Shown here one piece after another: positions 59,691 to 64,000 of a stretch of 64,000 nucleotides of DNA. Made by a program: the position numbers and the translations under genes. Each line of letters opens with the position of its first letter. Within the stretch, counting starts at the first letter, position 1. The notes beneath the pieces are model-generated. The model saw only the letters and a program-made list of their open reading frames with translations. It was not told where the DNA came from and did no database searches. The DNA comes from Malacoraja senta. Its lineage: Eukaryota. The stretch spans positions 1 to 64,000 of the forward strand of contig JAXLNO010000132.1 in NCBI GenBank assembly GCA_038087875.1, read 5' to 3'.

Positions 59691-60245
59691 ACATTGACTA
59701 TGTTCAAGGTACAGGATGATTGACTATAAACTCAACAGGAGTCAGGAGACGTGGGGAAAGTGGAAGGAGGTGTTGAGACCAATATTGGATCAGCTGTATG
59801 GGCCTGAAAAATTGTGCTCCCTGAGACTTTATTCCTTGGAGTGCAGGAGGCTGAGATAGTTGAATTATTGAGGGGAATAGATAGGCTGAATGAACAGAGC
59901 CTTTTACCCAGTGTGGGGGTATCAAGAACCAGAGGACACGGGTTTGAGGTGAGATGATAGGTTTAATATGAACACGAAGGGCATCCTTTACATTCAAAGG
60001 TTAAAGGATTCAAACAAGAGGAGTTGAGTATAGAAGCAAAGGGGTCCTTCTGCAGTTGTACAGAGCCCTAGTGAGACCACACCTGGAGTATTGTGTGCAG
60101 TTTTGGTCCCCTAATTTGAGGAAGGACATTCTTGCTATTGAGGGAGCCCAGCGTAGGTTCACCAGGTTAATTCCCGGGATGATGGGACTGTCATATGCTG
60201 AGAGAATGGAGCGGCTGGGCTTGTATACTCTGGAATTTAGAAGGA
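59690..60245 (+). mobile_element. CR1 fragments
   Basis: [23 protein letters not shown]. Confidence 0.8.
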
Positions 60246-61644
60246 TTATACGGAATTACTTTTAAATGTAGAGGGTAAATGGAGAAGTTGTATCTGAAGA
60301 TAACATCAGCGTAAAAGAGGAATGATCTGTGTTAGGTCATGTTTACACTTGTGCTTGCACCAGATAAGACGGGGATAATCCCAGTGTTTAGAATGTGAGA
60401 GTGATAGACAGTGGGTTGGAGGGGGAGATGAGATGAATTACGAAGAGACAGATTCAGGAGCTGGGGGGAAATATCAAAACAGAGGGTGAGCAGCAATAAA
60501 AATGAACTTTATTTCTCTGCGGAATTCACACAATATGGGGGGAAATGATTTGTTAACCCGGATTAAGGAAGGAGCTTGATTAGATTTCTTCTCAGATGCG
60601 GACAAGACTAACTGCTGAGCTGATGATGAGGTGCCCTTTCTGATACCATCCAGATTGTTTGCTTAGAAATCAATTGTTTAGGATGTGGGCCTCACTGCTC
60701 AGGCTTCCATTTTTAGCCCATGAGGATGTGAACATCCTTACGTAGCCAGTGAATGATGCTCCCACTGTACTCTTGATAGGAATGAAGGAACAGCAATGGA
60801 TTTCCAAGTCATGACTGGAGAGGCACCCACAGCATGTGGTGATCCCATGGGTCTGTTGCCATTGTCTTTCTTAGTTGATGGGATCACTGATATGAGAGGT
60901 GTTATTGAAGTAGCCTTGGCAATGAACATTGAGACACCTTGCGGTGGTTGATTGAGACCGAGATCACTGTACACAAGTGGTGGAAACAAAGAAGATTACA
61001 GTAGTAGATGGGGACATGCTATGTCCTGGATGATGTTGTGCTTCTTCAGTATCACTGGAGTAACATTCATCAAGGCATTGCACCCTCCTGAATTGGGCCT
61101 TGCCGCTGATGGAGAGGTTTTGTGGTGTCGGGAATTGCTTGCCCCATGATAACAAGAAATGAATCACCTTTCCTTTATCGATACTGCTTCTTAATGCTGC
61201 AACTCCCTACCTAGTATAACTGTGGGAGTACTTTCACTGGAAGGAATGGAAAGGTTTAGGAAAGCAATCTACCACTGTCTTGAGTACAATTAACAATGGG
61301 GGGAAACCACTAACCTTGACAGTGATGCTCAAATTGTCGAGAATAACTGAATGAGTAAAGAAATGCTTCACAAGTAAAATCAAGTACCCCTGGATTAATG
61401 ATATTCAAATACTTACAAATACTTTATAATTTTGGTGGTTCCACAACACTTGTAAAGGGAGCAGTGTCAATAGAACCTCTTCTCAATCTCTCTTAAATCC
61501 CCACTACCAGCTTCCTAACAATCTCAAACTTTTCTTTACTTTTGTCAAAATCCACAGAGTGAAATTGTTCAGTTTAAAATTATCCAAGTTTCTCCTCTCC
61601 CTCTAGTGACTAACCTCATGTTCCCATATCTCACCTGACAGAAA

Positions 61645-62610
61645 CAGAGAAACATAGACAATAGGTGCAGGAGTAGGCTATTTGGCCCTTCGAGCCAGCA
61701 CCACCATTCACTGTGATCATGGTTGATCATCCACAATCAGTAGCCTGTTCCTGCCTTCTCCCCATATCCCTTGATTCTGCTCGCCCCTAGAGCTCCATCT
61801 AACTCTCTTTTAAATTCGTCCAGTAAAATGGCATCTACTGTCTTCTGTGACTGAAATCCTAACGGGAATCCCAAAATTCCCAGCCGCTCCACACTGCTGC
61901 TGTGTCCGTTGCCTGAATCTCACATTCATAGAAACATAGAACATAGGGGCAGGAGTAGGTCATTCGGCCCTTCGAGCCAGCATTGCCATACAATATGATC
62001 ATGGCTGATCATCCAGAATCAGTACCCCGTTCCTGCTTTCTCCCCATACCCCTTGATTCAGTTAGCCTTAAGATCTAAATCTAACTCTCTCTTGAAAACA
62101 TCCAGTGAATTGGCCTCCACTGCCTTCAGTGGCAGAGAATTTCACAGATTCACAACTCTCTAGGTGAAAACGTTTTTTCTCATCTTAGTTTTAAATGACC
62201 TCCCCTTTATTTTTAGACTGTGGAAAAAAACCCTGCAGAAGGACCTCTTTACTCCTATACTCAAATCTTCTAATTATGAAGGCCAAAACTGCATGAGCTT
62301 TCTTCACTGCCTGGTGTACCTGCATGTTTACTTTCATTGACTGGTGTACAAGGACACCCAGGTCTCATTGCGCTTCTCTTTTACCTAATCTGACACCATT
62401 GAGATAATAATCTGCCTCCTTGTTCTTGCCACCATAGTGGATACTCTCACATTTATCTACATTATACTGCATCTGCCATGCATCTGCCACTCACTGAACC
62501 TGTAACATCCTCTTCGTAGTTCATAATGCCACCCAGCTTTGTGGCATCTGCTAATTTGCTAGTGCTACTTTTAATTCCATCATCTAAATCATGAATATAT
62601 ATTATAAATA
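61645..62610 (-). mobile_element. Two CR1 3' ends and an RT remnant
   Basis: agaaacataga tails and 3'UTR in reverse orientation. Confidence 0.85.
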
Positions 62611-62674
62611 GTTGACTACATCACTGATGTAGAGCCCAAGTGATTGAAGGCAGAATCCTTTCATGCAGACGTCA

Positions 62675-63340
62675 CAAGTCAAGTCAAGTCACATTTGTTT
62701 ATATAGCACAGTTAAAAAACAACTCTCGTTGGCCAAAGTGCTTTACATTTGTTATAAGAATAGCATAAACAAAACAAACTACATACATATATACATGTAG
62801 CGCTCACTCAGAGGACGTCAGGAAAGGCTTGAGAGTATAGATAAGTCTTTAGTCTTGACTTAGAAGAGTCGATGGAGGGGGCAGTTCTGATGGGAAAGGG
62901 GATGGTGTTCCACAGTCTAGGGGCTGCAAACGCAAAGGCGAGGTCGCCCCTGAGTTTATGCCTAGACCGTGGGATATTCAGCAACCCCAAGTCGGCCGAT
63001 CTGAGGAACCTGGAGGTGGAGTGGTGGGTGAGAAGACTTTTTATGTAGGTGGGGGCAAGCCCATTGAGGGCTTTGTAGATATGGAGGAGGATCTTGAAGT
63101 TTATACGGAACCGCACAGGGAGCCAGTGGAGAGAGGCCAGGATCGGGGTGATGTGGTCCCTTTTTCGGGTGCCTGTCAGGAGTCTCGCTGCGGCGTTTTG
63201 GACCAGTTGCAGGCGGGACAGGGAAGATTGGCTGATGCCAGTGTAAAGGGAGTTGCAGTAATCTAGGCGGGAGGAGATGAATGTGTGGATGATCTTTTCC
63301 AGGTCATCAAATTGGAGGAATTGTTTTATTTTAGCTATCG
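62675..63340 (-). mobile_element. L2 LINE 3' end
   Basis: ISSRLDYCNSL..LQLVQNAAARLL..HITPILASLHWLPV..APRLWN; (aagtc)n tail. Confidence 0.92.
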
Positions 63341-63836
63341 TCCAACATAGACATCCCGAAGAGAGTTGCACTGATCACTAACTCCCACATGCTGTAGTAT
63401 GGACACATACTGTAGCTTCCCTTGCCATCTCCAGCCGAGTTTGTTTATATTTTCATAGCCCGTATACAATTCGGAGATTAATGATCAATGATCAAGCAGA
63501 TTGTATTTAGAAAATCTATCATATTCCTGAGCACTTTCACATTTTATAAAACCATTTGTCAGGATTGAACAGAATTATAACAGTTTACGGGTCTATTTGT
63601 GCCACTCCGCTAACGTGACCAAGCATTTCTGGGTGTGGATTGTGCTTGCAGAAAGGGCATGTATTTGCTGGATCAGACACACAAAAATTATGGCCATTCC
63701 GCATGCATATTTGTTTACTGAGACACTGGGAGCAATTTATCCACCAGTTTGCAAAGAGTATTACCTTGGGAAAGCACAGCTCAATGAGAAACTAATAGAG
63801 AGACTATAGAGAGGACAGTGTCGAGTTCTGGTGATT

Positions 63837-64000
63837 CAATAAGGTTTTGTGATGGTTTGATCTTTTCTTTGCCCTTCACACCTCTGCTGCCTATTGACAC
63901 GTTGTGAAATTTAGAAACATAGAAACATAGAAAATAGGTGCAGGAGGCCATTCGGCCCTATGAGCATTGTGATCATGGCTGATCGTCCCCAATCAATAAC
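63837..64000 (-). repeat. Inverted duplicate of 53704-53872 (CR1 3' end plus its flank)
   Basis: 76-bp non-CR1 flank matches with one mismatch. Confidence 0.9.

Overview
This is eukaryotic, repeat-dense vertebrate DNA, not a prokaryotic window. The CR1 3' tails, V-SINEs, Penelope remnants and zinc-finger style suggest a cartilaginous fish such as a skate or ray (inference). I can support only one apparently intact protein-coding ORF: a tandem C2H2 zinc-finger gene (36444-38006, +) with no visible effector domain. It is possibly spliced from a CpG-rich promoter/exon 1 near 19.1-19.4 kb. That putative 17-kb intron holds a three-level nest. A LINE sitting in a (GA)n tract contains a DIRS1-type tyrosine-recombinase retrotransposon, which in turn contains a second, full-length, oppositely oriented DIRS1 element (gag, RT/RNase H, Dam-like methyltransferase, YR). 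The junctions show an ATT/AAT crossover core and near-perfect terminal/ICR repeats despite dead ORFs. Hand translation found several items the ORF track misses or shows only in part. One is a disabled multi-exon Ig-superfamily gene (signal peptide-V-C2-V, minus strand, 42.3-50.0 kb). The others are a THAP-domain transposon relic, an internally deleted Hero-like element, a PIF/Harbinger MITE, a GC-rich 80-nt hairpin and an inverted duplication. The rest is CR1, L2, Rex1, L1/Tx1, RTE and BEL fragments, SINEs and micro/minisatellites. No CRISPR array, rRNA or bona fide tRNA gene was seen. Most repeat boundaries are approximate and family calls rest on motif recognition, not database searches.
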